From assembly GCA_040218735.1 (NCBI GenBank), contig JAVJQW010000018.1, forward strand, positions 1 to 64,000: 64,000 bases of DNA, written 5' to 3'. A program made the position numbers and the translations under genes. How positions within the stretch are numbered: position 1 is the stretch's first letter; every line of letters starts with the position of its first letter. The notes under the pieces are model-generated. The model was not told where the DNA came from. It did not search any database and worked only from the letters and a program-made list of their open reading frames with translations. The DNA comes from Deltaproteobacteria bacterium (GTDB lineage Bacteria; Myxococcota; Kuafuiibacteriia; Kuafuiibacteriales; Kuafuiibacteriaceae). Shown here in pieces: positions 16,901-25,306 of the stretch.

Positions 16901-18945
16901 CTGTCGACGGGCTGAACGATCGGGTCCGGCGCGTCCGTCGAGTCCGTGAGGATCGGCGCCGCCTGGTCGGTGTTCGTGCGCTCCTCGTCTTCGAGCAGCT
17001 CGAGCGCCTTGCCGTCGAACTGCGAGGTCGCGATCTCCGCCGGGAGGTCGTCGATCGACCTGAACTCGTCCTCGCTCAGCTCCGGGTACTCGTCGGTGAG
17101 CGGCGGCGCCGCGGAGTCGAGCGGCTGCGGCATCGGCACGCGCGTCGAGTCGGTGCGCGCCGCCGGGAGGATCGAGGAGTCGAAGCGCACCGTCGGCTCG
17201 ACCTCGCTCGTCAGGTCCTCTTCGGCTTGCAGCGACGACACGGTGCGCTCGACGATCTCCGCCGGGCTGAAGCTCCGTCCGCTGGAGGGCCCGGTGGGAT
17301 CGAGCTCGGACCGTACGAGGTCACCCTCTTCGAGCGCCGTGTCGATGGCGGACGCCGCGCGGGATGTGTTGCGCGCGCGAGAGACCCTGCGCGAAGTCGG
17401 TCGTTTGAAGCGCGGCTGTTTGTCGAGCTCGTAGTCGGTGTCGTGGTTCTCTTCTCGGGCGGCGCGCAGCGCGCGGGCCTCGTCGACCGCCGACAGCTCG
17501 GCGTCGGTACGATCCGGGTCGAGCTCGACGTCGACGAGGGAGTCGATCGCGTCGATGTCCTCGTCCGCGACCTGCACCGAAGGATCCGACACGTCCGTAC
17601 GTGCGGTGCGGGAGAGGTCGCGGCGCTTCGTATCCGCCGTCCCCTGCGGGTCCAGGGCCTGCGGCGACACCTCCGGATCGTTCTGCGTCGGCGAGGAAGG
17701 CTCGCGCGGGATCGCGACGGACGAAAAACCGGAGACCTCCTCGTAGTCGCGCTCGAAGGAGGACGCGTCCTCGATGATCGCGACCTGCGACGAGAGCTCC
17801 GACGAGTCGTCGAGGAAGCTCGGATCCGCGAGCGGCGTCTTCTCGTCGAAGTCGCCCTCGAGGCTGTTGACGTCCGAGAACGTGCGCCCGCGGTCGTCCT
17901 CCGTGGCCTCGGGGCCGAACGGCATCATGCGCGCGTCCGACGGCGCGGGGGCCTCCGGGACCTCCATCCCGAACAGCGGCAGCGCGATGCGGTTGCGTTT
18001 CAGGAGCTCCTCCGGATCCGAGAGGAAGAGCGACTGCATGAAGCGTCCGAGGTGCGCCGGTCCGATCAGCGCGCGCGAGCGATAGACGTAGTCGTGCAGG
18101 GCGTCGTGGAGCTGAGTCGACGACTCGAAGCGCTCCCGCGGGTCCCGCGAGAGGGCGCGCAGCACGATCTGCTCGAGCTCGGGATCCAGATCCTCGCGAT
18201 AGAAGCGCGGCGGCGGATCGATCACCGCGTCGCGGACACGTTCGAGGACGGCGAGGTCGTTCTTGCCGGCGAAGAGGCGGTGCCCGGTCAGCAGCTCGTA
18301 CAGGACGATGCCGACCGCGAAGATGTCCGCCTTGTGGTCGATCGGGGCGCCCGTGACCTGCTCCGGCGCCATGTACCCGAACTTGCCCTTCAGGATGCCC
18401 GTCGCGGTCTTCTCGCGCGTGCTGGCCTTGGCGATGCCGAAGTCGCCGATCTTGACCTCACCCTCGAAGGAGAGGAGCACGTTGGACGGGGAGACGTCGC
18501 GGTGAATGATCCCGAGCGGTTGGCCATCCGGGCCGGAGAGCTTGTGCGCGTAGTCGAGCCCCTTGAGGACCTCCATCACGATGTACAGCGCGATGTCCGT
18601 CGGGAAGCCGATCTTCTTCTTGCCGCAGGCGGCGAGGGTCTTCAGGAGATCTCGACCGTCGACGTACTCCATCGCGATGAAGTACTGGAGGTCGATCTCG
18701 CCGAGGTCGTAGACCTGGACGATGTTGGGATGACGAAGCGCCACACACAGCTTGGCTTCTTCGATGAACATGCGGACGAACTGTTCGTCGTCCGACAGCG
18801 TCGGGAGGATGCGCTTGATGACGAGCCGCTTCTCGAAGCCTTCGATCCCGCGCGCGGTGGCCAAAAAGATCTCGGCCATCCCACCCGCACCGATCCGGTC
18901 GTGCAGGACGTAGTCGCCGAAGGTCTGCGGCTCGAACGTATGCAT
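13990..18945 (-). CDS. Membrane-anchored Hanks-type Ser/Thr protein kinase (~1651 aa)
   Basis: 'GAGGMAEIF', 'VIKR', 'HRDVSPSN', 'DFG' and 'APE'; long acidic linker; TM 'VMYFMVGIAVVLAVAAAV'. Start re-assigned to MHTFEP at 18945. Confidence 0.92.
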   Translation of the reverse strand: MHTFEPQTFGDYVLHDRIGAGGMAEIFLATARGIEGFEKRLVIKRILPTLSDDEQFVRMFIEEAKLCVALRHPNIVQVYDLGEIDLQYFIAMEYVDGRDLLKTLAACGKKKIGFPTDIALYIVMEVLKGLDYAHKLSGPDGQPLGIIHRDVSPSNVLLSFEGEVKIGDFGIAKASTREKTATGILKGKFGYMAPEQVTGAPIDHKADIFAVGIVLYELLTGHRLFAGKNDLAVLERVRDAVIDPPPRFYREDLDPELEQIVLRALSRDPRERFESSTQLHDALHDYVYRSRALIGPAHLGRFMQSLFLSDPEELLKRNRIALPLFGMEVPEAPAPSDARMMPFGPEATEDDRGRTFSDVNSLEGDFDEKTPLADPSFLDDSSELSSQVAIIEDASSFERDYEEVSGFSSVAIPREPSSPTQNDPEVSPQALDPQGTADTKRRDLSRTARTDVSDPSVQVADEDIDAIDSLVDVELDPDRTDAELSAVDEARALRAAREENHDTDYELDKQPRFKRPTSRRVSRARNTSRAASAIDTALEEGDLVRSELDPTGPSSGRSFSPAEIVERTVSSLQAEEDLTSEVEPTVRFDSSILPAARTDSTRVPMPQPLDSAAPPLTDEYPELSEDEFRSIDDLPAEIATSQFDGKALELLEDEERTNTDQAAPILTDSTDAPDPIVQPVDSDDMPALTEEGTATELDVEDETQNEDVLVTALGREPSSLDVEDETLNVDSDIEVEDATDSGHLEVDDTTDNVEMDETELTAELEEEVRLALARDRDFVAVIDTETIPDPDEDDDAPAPPPERRKKPSRRRPISGRRPRPVLLPSDTGRDNLARRPSTRSVLPRRQSPRRRIATRASLSVVNPREDSVTKSGVQSPADRDETGRGALVRESTVNGKLAEQTHPEPVVEALPNRRASSGVTAALDEAARIDDEIEMMRRSSSIATHEPTALGMLADALDGHAQLPEPEIDFDPEEPTQDSSHLRDAIMRRQSRKRMVTRSVVLYSEDGSPIQDEMNAPFGAPFEGSDLSAPAITSAGQLEDPEASDLFGALSVLDEVDDGLGFGDDDVSFETMSKAEARPSVSLDERQAIPVPPTQPNPVVSRGVSMVDAEEFTSGGPATTRGPLPEDDDELDLSYDEPSGVDVSFDANGEETAPVEDGQVISISQLISAQSGPQEPDVIELGGHDSLDAPNPSSVSISFGSMSVSVAGIDDAVEEPDEFTTVNEEEGEHYDQIQSLRADSLIANEATVDGHSGDFAGLEPMSDLPTDDQGGLLVSESFDFGVEEQASLRSAAQRRPSPTAPPPPVRPVSMVQAPGGVETGAGSEEAPIRSQRPNNVSALRAVVERNKRPVREKNRASPQPSQEIVRASPTGPRSPMGSPVRAVGTPGVRATPSVPMQAARGSVGDAYPPIAQVQVRRTSVWTTVMYFMVGIAVVLAVAAAVSSILLKKRNAVPIAPLQPNEQTSGAPPTELANAPGEAPDTPAKDETKALDDAAKDDTPKDDAAPKAPEETEATKDAMAAKDPPAEEKADETPTSALPPPPATKPPPKRVVREAPPPAPKRTVRKAPPPKRKKRVRRRRARAPSSKEAALAFKCDEPTDIYIPKIGKFNAQTKLTKSVPPGDYRVTFIRDGKRMRSSLQVMAGKTLDIRCP

Positions 18946-19011
18946 TCGCTCGCGGGACACACCGCCACGAACGACGCCGACCTGGCGCCGCTCCAAGCGA
19001 GCCCATCCACC

Positions 19012-20385
19012 TTGGATGCTAACATCCCGTCGGGTCGCCCGGACACTTCGTGGACGGGTCGGCGCACCGCGGCACGCACATGGTGGGCGCTGTGCGTCCT
19101 GGTGATCGTGGGGACTCCCTGGGTCGCCTACGGAAAGCCCGAGGTCTGCGAGCAGGTGCGGTCCCGCATCGAGGACACCGCGCCCACGATCGGGGACACC
19201 GCGCGCCTGCTGGTGCTCGCCCCCTATTTGACGGAAGCGACGGCGCCGAAGCTCCTCGCCCGCGCGAAGACGTCGAGCAGCGCGCGTACGGCGGTGGATC
19301 TGTACCTCGCGATCGGTCTGTCGCGTCACGCGTCGAACCTCAAGCGGCTCCGCGACGAGCCGCGCGCGACGCGGTCCGAGCTTCGTCTCGGGCAGGCGAT
19401 CGCGCGCTTCGCGCTGGGCGACGGGACGCTCACGGGGACGATCGCGAAGGCGCTCTACGAAGGATCGTTGGACGAGCGCCGCGCCACCGCGCACGCGCTG
19501 GCGCTCATGCGACAGAAGCGCCCGCAGATCATGTTGTACGACGCGCTCCAGGATCCGGACCCCGAGGTGCGCCTCGCGGCGGGGCGCGTTCACTACCCGC
19601 GTCGAAGCCGCCGCGCGCGGCGTGTGTTGTTGGAGCTGTTGGAGCGGGGTGAGCCCGCGATCCGCGACGACGTCGCGGGCCTCCTCGTCGAGCACCACCA
19701 CCGTTTCTCGAGCGCCGCACCCCTGCCGGATCGGCTCCGCGGGCGGGTGCTGGTCGACACCGCGGTGCGTTCGCGGAGCGGCGCGCGGACGGCGCGGGTG
19801 CAGTTGATGTCGCGCGACGCGGTGGAGCGCCGCGCGGCGTTTGCCACGCTCGCGGGGCTCGGGACGTACTCGGTGAAGACACTCGGGCGCCTCGCCGCGA
19901 AGCCGAAGGCGCGCTACGGCGACGTCGTCGACGCCGAGCTCACGATGGCGCTGGCGTTGATGGGCGACACCGCGTCGATCCACGCGCTCGCGAAGCTCGA
20001 GAAGGTTCAGGCCGAGGCGGCGGCGGAGGTGTTGTTCTCGTTCTCCGGTGCGAAGGCGCCGTACTCGCAACTGGACTTCGACCACGCGGCTTCGTTGGCG
20101 CGGGCGATCGAGCCCTGGGTCGTGCGGGGCGTGGTCAGTCAGATCACCCAGCGCCGGATCTACGATGCGTTGGATCGCGCCGAGTCGAACGCGGCGGCGG
20201 CGCTCGCGCGGTCGCGGCTCGCGGGACCGAGCGGCGCGGGGCTCGCGGCGGCGATCCGCGTGCTGTCGGAGGCGGGGACCACGCGCGACGTACCGATCCT
20301 CATCGCGGTGGCGGATCGGAAGGTCTCCGTGCGCGTCGAGGGCTACGCAGCCGCCGCGGCGATCTGCGCTGCGTCACGTCAGTGA
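19012..20385 (+). CDS. Exported HEAT-repeat protein (start uncertain)
   Basis: C-terminal part of the 14704 ORF: hydrophobic 'WWALCVLVIVG' and HEAT-like 'DALQDPDPEVRLAA'. Confidence 0.6.
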   Translation: MDANIPSGRPDTSWTGRRTAARTWWALCVLVIVGTPWVAYGKPEVCEQVRSRIEDTAPTIGDTARLLVLAPYLTEATAPKLLARAKTSSSARTAVDLYLAIGLSRHASNLKRLRDEPRATRSELRLGQAIARFALGDGTLTGTIAKALYEGSLDERRATAHALALMRQKRPQIMLYDALQDPDPEVRLAAGRVHYPRRSRRARRVLLELLERGEPAIRDDVAGLLVEHHHRFSSAAPLPDRLRGRVLVDTAVRSRSGARTARVQLMSRDAVERRAAFATLAGLGTYSVKTLGRLAAKPKARYGDVVDAELTMALALMGDTASIHALAKLEKVQAEAAAEVLFSFSGAKAPYSQLDFDHAASLARAIEPWVVRGVVSQITQRRIYDALDRAESNAAAALARSRLAGPSGAGLAAAIRVLSEAGTTRDVPILIAVADRKVSVRVEGYAAAAAICAASRQ

Positions 20386-21314
20386 TGGTCCGGCGGTCTT
20401 CGAGCGTCCGAGTAGGTAGAGGGATTTTGGTGGATGCGGTGGGTGACACGACGGCGAGGCGGAGGTTTCATGTCGCCGTGCGGTGGTCGGTCGGGCTGAG
20501 CGCGCTGCTCTTGGTGGCGTGCGCGACGACGAAGAGGTCGGAGGATCCGCTGAAGGCGACGTGCCGCGAGGACATGGACGCCGACGCCCGCTGCGTCGAG
20601 CTCCTCACCGGATCCGGCGAGCGCGAAGCCGAAGAGGAGGTCCTCCGCGCGGAGGAGGATCGTGAGCGTGACGCGTTCCGCGCGCGCCTCGAGCGGCTGC
20701 GTGCCGCGGAGGAGAAGCGCCAGGCGCGGCGTGTGAAGAGCTCGACCGTCGCGCAGATGGAGGTCTGGGAGGAAGAGGACAACGAGGCGTGGCTCGAGCT
20801 CCTCTCCGCGCGCAGCTCGGACGAGGACGAGGACAGCGGCTCGAGCGTGCGTGCGCTGAAGGCCGCGCCCGCGGCGCCTCCGCCGCGGCCCGAGGCGCCG
20901 AGCATCCAGATCGTGACGCCCCCGTCGAAGCTGGAGGCCGAGGACGCCGGTCCTGACGCGGCGACGTACCTCGCGGGGTCGTGGTGTCTGCTGCGCACGG
21001 ACCTCGTCTTGATGCGCCAAACGCTCGAAACCGCTAAGAAAAACACCTCGAAGGGCGACCTCGCCGGGTCGCAGGCGCTGGTGATCCTCGACGCCGAGGG
21101 GCTGCTCGCGCGCGTCGAGCGGGCCCGGAAGGCGAACAAACTCGAGGCGACGCCGCTTTGCTCCAGCGGTGACACTCGATCCATGGTGAACCTGCTGCGT
21201 GAGCTGGTCGGGCCGCGTCCGAAGGCCACCGAAGCGGGGGATGCCTACGGTCGCGGGCTGGTGCGGCTGGCGGCGGAGCTCGAGAAACGGGCCCGATTGG
21301 CCGGATCGCAGTAG
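20382..21314 (+). CDS. Hypothetical lipoprotein with coiled coil
   Basis: Lipobox 'LLLVAC'; E/R-rich helix; true start probably further downstream. Confidence 0.6.
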   Translation: MMVRRSSSVRVGRGILVDAVGDTTARRRFHVAVRWSVGLSALLLVACATTKRSEDPLKATCREDMDADARCVELLTGSGEREAEEEVLRAEEDRERDAFRARLERLRAAEEKRQARRVKSSTVAQMEVWEEEDNEAWLELLSARSSDEDEDSGSSVRALKAAPAAPPPRPEAPSIQIVTPPSKLEAEDAGPDAATYLAGSWCLLRTDLVLMRQTLETAKKNTSKGDLAGSQALVILDAEGLLARVERARKANKLEATPLCSSGDTRSMVNLLRELVGPRPKATEAGDAYGRGLVRLAAELEKRARLAGSQ

Positions 21315-21359
21315 ACAAGTAGGGGCGCCTTTCGCGATGGGGAGGGCGCCGGACGAAGG

Positions 21360-22412
21360 ATGAGCGACGACCGCGGACAACTAGTGTCGATGGACCGCAG
21401 CGTGGAAGCACGCGAGGCGGGGCCGCACGTCTCCCTCGTCATCCCCTGTTACAACGAGGAGGAGAGCGTCCACGAGCTCTTGTCCGAGGCGTTCGGGGTC
21501 CTCGACAACAACGGCCTGGACGGGGAGATCGTCATCGTCGACGACGGCTCCCGGGATCGCACTTGGGAGCTGCTCGCCAAGTACGCCGAGAACGAGCCGC
21601 GCCTGAAGCTGGTGCGGTTCCGTCGCAACTACGGCCAGACGGCGGCGATGGTCGCGGGCCTCGACCACGCGACGGGTGAGATCATCATCCCGCTCGACGC
21701 GGACCTGCAGAACGACCCCGCGTCCATCCCGGATCTGCTCGCGAAGATCGACGAGGGTTACGACGTGGTGTCGGGGTGGCGGAAGAACCGGCAGGACACG
21801 TTTGTGTCGCGCAAGCTCCCTTCGATGATCGCCAACGCGATCATCTCCTGGGTGAGCGGCGTGAAGCTGCACGACTACGGCTGCACGTTGAAGGCGTACC
21901 GACGCGAGGTGTTGGACCCGGTGCAGCTGTACGGTGAGATGCACCGCTTCATCCCGATCTACGCGTCCTGGTCCGGTGCGCAGGTGACCGAGGTGGTGGT
22001 GAACCACCGCGCGCGTAAGTACGGCGTTTCGAAGTACGGGATCATGCGCACCTTCAAGGTCATCCTGGACCTGTTGGTGGTGAAGTTCCTCGGGACGTAC
22101 GGGACGAAGCCGATCTACTTCTTCGGCGGCCTCGCGTTCTTCTTCTTCGGCGCGAGCGGTGTCTCCGCGGCCTATACGCTCTACGAGAAGTACGTCCACA
22201 ACGTTTGGGCGCACCGAAACCCGTTCCTGATCATTGCGGTCTTCATGGCGCTCATCGGCGTGCAGAGCCTGTTCTTCGGGTTGCTGGCGGAGATCGCGAT
22301 CCGCACCTATCACGAGAGCCAGTCGCGCCCGATCTACTGGGTGCGCGAGCGGAAGAACGTGAAGGGGCTGCGCCGGCGCGTCGAGGACGCGCTCGGGGCG
22401 ATGTCGGGCTGA
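21360..22412 (+). CDS. GT2 polyprenyl-phosphate glycosyltransferase (ArnC/DPM1-like)
   Basis: 'IPCYNEE', 'VDDGSRD', 'RNYGQTAA', 'DADLQNDP'; two C-terminal TM helices. Confidence 0.92.
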   Translation: MSDDRGQLVSMDRSVEAREAGPHVSLVIPCYNEEESVHELLSEAFGVLDNNGLDGEIVIVDDGSRDRTWELLAKYAENEPRLKLVRFRRNYGQTAAMVAGLDHATGEIIIPLDADLQNDPASIPDLLAKIDEGYDVVSGWRKNRQDTFVSRKLPSMIANAIISWVSGVKLHDYGCTLKAYRREVLDPVQLYGEMHRFIPIYASWSGAQVTEVVVNHRARKYGVSKYGIMRTFKVILDLLVVKFLGTYGTKPIYFFGGLAFFFFGASGVSAAYTLYEKYVHNVWAHRNPFLIIAVFMALIGVQSLFFGLLAEIAIRTYHESQSRPIYWVRERKNVKGLRRRVEDALGAMSG

Positions 22413-22415
22413 GCG

Positions 22416-24419
22416 ATGTGCGGGATCAGTGGGATCGTCGTCCCGGAGGGTGAGCGGCTCCCGCGCGAGATCTTGCGCGCGATGAACACGACGCTCGCGC
22501 GCCGTGGGCCCGACGACGAAGGGTACTTCTTCGACGAAGAGGGCGGCTGCGGGCTCGGGCACCGGCGCCTCTCGATCATCGATCTCGGCGGCGGCCACCA
22601 GCCGCTGTACGGCGCGGACGGTGCGGTGCAGATCGTCGCGAACGGCGAGATCTACAACTTCGTGGAGCTGCGCGAGCGGCTGCTCGCGAAGGGGCACGTG
22701 TTCGTCACCAACTCCGACTGCGAGACGATCGCCCACGGGTGGGTGGAGTGGGGCGAGGCGCTCTTCGAGAAGCTGATCGGGATGTTCGCGATCGCCATCT
22801 GGGATCGACGAACGCGGCGCCTGATCCTCGCGCGCGACCGCATGGGCCAAAAGCCGCTCTACTACGGGTGGGTCGGCGAGAAGAAGGACACACTCCTGTT
22901 CGCGTCGGAGCTCAAGGCGATCGTTCGGCACCCCGGCTTTCGTCGCGACGTTCGCCCCAGCGCGCTCGCGCAGTACCTGACCTACGAGTGCCTCCCGGAG
23001 GACGAAGCGATCTACGCGGACGCGGCGAAGCTTCAGCCCGGAACGTACGCCGTCTTCGATCGCACCGCGGGGCGGATGCGACACGAGACATACTGGCAGA
23101 TGGCGTTCTCGGGCACCCCCGAGGAAGCGGCCATCGCGGGCAAGAACGAAGACGAGATCGCGACGATGCTCCAGAACCGCATCCGCGAGGGGGTGCGGCG
23201 CCGACTGATCTCGGACGTCCCGCTCGGCGTGTTGCTCTCGGGGGGGATCGACTCGTCGACGATCGTCGCGGCGATGGCGGACCTCGTGCCGCCGGACCGC
23301 ATCCAGACGTTCTCGATCAGCTTCGAGGACGCGTCGTTCGACGAGAGCTCGCACGCGCAGCGCGTCGCGGAGCACATCGGCACGGTGCATCACACCGAGC
23401 GCCTCTCGCCGCAGGTGATGATCGACATCCTGCCCGAGGTCGCCGACACGATGTGCGAGCCGCTCGGCGACGGTTCGATCATCCCCACTTATCTGTTGTC
23501 GCGCTTCGTGCGGGAGCGCGTGACGGTGGCGCTCGGTGGTGACGGCGGCGACGAGCTGTTCCTCGGCTACCCGACGTTCCAGGCGGACCGTGTGGCGCGA
23601 TACCTCGATCGTGCGCTCGACACCTCCGCGCAGAAGAACCTGGGGAGCGCTGCAAGGCAGCTTGCGGATCTGTTGCCCGTCTCGCGGAAGAACTTCTCCT
23701 TCGACTTCAAGGTGAAGAAGTTCCTGGAGGGGATCGGCTACGAACCGGACTTCAGGCACCAGGCGTGGATGGGCTCCTTCATGCCCGACCAGCTCGCGGC
23801 GGTGTTGCACGAGGATGTCCGCGAGGGTGCGCTCTTCGAGTCGCCCTACGCGACGATCGCGAAGTTCCGCGAACGCTCCGGCGCGCGCGACGCCGACGAC
23901 CAGGCGGTTTATCAGTACGCGCGGCTGTACCTGACGGGGTGTGTGCTGACGAAGGTCGACCGTGCGTCGATGGCGCACGGCCTCGAGGTGCGCGCGCCGC
24001 TGCTCGACGCGGATCTCGTGCAGCTCGCGACGGCGATCCCCGGCTCGATGAAGGTGTCGGGCATGACCACGAAGCACATCCTGAAGAAGGCGGCGCGTCC
24101 GTGGCTCCCGGACGAGATCATCGATCGTCCGAAGAAGGGCTTCGGCGTGCCGATCGGGATGTGGCTGCGCGGGCCGTTGAAGGACATGGCGGCTGGGCTC
24201 CTCGCGGCGCCGAAGATCGCGAAGGAAGGCCTCCTCGATCCCACCGAGGTCACGCGCCTGTTCGACGAGCACCAGCGTGGTGAGGCCGACCACCGCAAGC
24301 CGCTGTGGACGATCCTCGCGCTCGAGCTGTGGCACGAGCGTTACGGCCCCGGCACACGCGCGGCGCCCGTCGCGCCGCCGCGGGATTCGAGCAGCGTGGT
24401 CGCGCGGGCCGTCGGATGA
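22416..24419 (+). CDS. asnB: Asparagine synthase (glutamine-hydrolysing) family amidotransferase
   Basis: N-terminal 'MCGI', 'RGPD', 'HRRLSIID', 'NGEIYN', 'LSGGIDSS', 'GDGGDELF', 'KKGF'. Confidence 0.93.
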   Translation: MCGISGIVVPEGERLPREILRAMNTTLARRGPDDEGYFFDEEGGCGLGHRRLSIIDLGGGHQPLYGADGAVQIVANGEIYNFVELRERLLAKGHVFVTNSDCETIAHGWVEWGEALFEKLIGMFAIAIWDRRTRRLILARDRMGQKPLYYGWVGEKKDTLLFASELKAIVRHPGFRRDVRPSALAQYLTYECLPEDEAIYADAAKLQPGTYAVFDRTAGRMRHETYWQMAFSGTPEEAAIAGKNEDEIATMLQNRIREGVRRRLISDVPLGVLLSGGIDSSTIVAAMADLVPPDRIQTFSISFEDASFDESSHAQRVAEHIGTVHHTERLSPQVMIDILPEVADTMCEPLGDGSIIPTYLLSRFVRERVTVALGGDGGDELFLGYPTFQADRVARYLDRALDTSAQKNLGSAARQLADLLPVSRKNFSFDFKVKKFLEGIGYEPDFRHQAWMGSFMPDQLAAVLHEDVREGALFESPYATIAKFRERSGARDADDQAVYQYARLYLTGCVLTKVDRASMAHGLEVRAPLLDADLVQLATAIPGSMKVSGMTTKHILKKAARPWLPDEIIDRPKKGFGVPIGMWLRGPLKDMAAGLLAAPKIAKEGLLDPTEVTRLFDEHQRGEADHRKPLWTILALELWHERYGPGTRAAPVAPPRDSSSVVARAVG

Positions 24420-25306
24420 ATCGATCGGTGATCATCGCCGCGGCGGTCGTGTCGATCGCCGCGCTCGCGGATCTATGGGTGACGCTGCGCCCCGGCCTGG
24501 AGCCGATCCCCGCCGACGCGATGCAGGCGGCGCGCGCGAAGGTGCTGGAGCAACAGAAACCCGGCGACCGCGTGGTGCATTCACCGCTGTTCACGGTGCG
24601 CGAGCTGGCACCGCTCGGTGACCTGCGCGCGAAGCCCGACAAACCGCCGGCGGACGTGATGAGCTCGCGGCGCATCCTCTTGATCGATCGCGAGGACGCG
24701 CCGATGGGGGGCTTCGCGGCGCCGTCCGAGACGATCGATCTGCCGGGCGCGTTGGTGCTGAAGATCTTCGCGCCGAGCGGCGACGGCACGGCGAGCCTCT
24801 ACGCGCTCCTCACGCAGTTCGACGCCAACACGCTGCACATCGAACGCCCGCGTGGGCGTGTCGCTTCGCGCTGCACGCAGCCGCGCGCGGAGGGGGGCTA
24901 CGCCTGTCCGGGGCAGCCGGAGTGGCTGTACGTCGCGCGGCGTGATCTCACGATCGATGGCAAGTCACGCGCGTGTCTGTGGGCGCACCCCACGAACGGC
25001 GGCGCGGTGGTGTTCACAATCCCCGCGCAGCCCGCGGCGCCGCCCGGGCGCGCGCTCGCGTTGACCGTCGGGGCGGGGCTCGCGGACGACGCCGTGAACG
25101 GGACGCCCGACGGAGCGCCGGTCCAGCTCGACGTCGAGCAGAACGGACGCATCGGTGAGGTTCGCGTACCGAACCGCGTGGGGTGGTACGAGACCACCGC
25201 GACGATCGTGGGCGGCGCGCCCGCGCAGATCGTGATCACGACGGCGCGCGACGGGCGTCGTCACCTCTGCGTCGACGCGCGCATCGAAGAGGTGCGCGTG
25301 CGATGA
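24416..25306 (+). CDS. Membrane-anchored hypothetical protein
   Basis: ATGA-coupled to asnB and to the next gene; N-terminal TM; four Cys in a beta-rich region. Confidence 0.7.
   Translation: MNRSVIIAAAVVSIAALADLWVTLRPGLEPIPADAMQAARAKVLEQQKPGDRVVHSPLFTVRELAPLGDLRAKPDKPPADVMSSRRILLIDREDAPMGGFAAPSETIDLPGALVLKIFAPSGDGTASLYALLTQFDANTLHIERPRGRVASRCTQPRAEGGYACPGQPEWLYVARRDLTIDGKSRACLWAHPTNGGAVVFTIPAQPAAPPGRALALTVGAGLADDAVNGTPDGAPVQLDVEQNGRIGEVRVPNRVGWYETTATIVGGAPAQIVITTARDGRRHLCVDARIEEVRVR

Noticed and set aside
14704-18940. N-terminal ~1400 aa of the 1893-aa plus-strand ORF
   Set aside because: Antisense to the kinase; only the part after ~19000 looks like a real protein.
18946-20085. N-terminal extension of the 2031-aa kinase ORF
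   Set aside because: Shadow of the divergent plus-strand gene; the kinase domain begins right after Met 18945.
21381-24335. 984-aa minus-strand ORF
   Set aside because: Antisense shadow of the GT2 and asnB genes.
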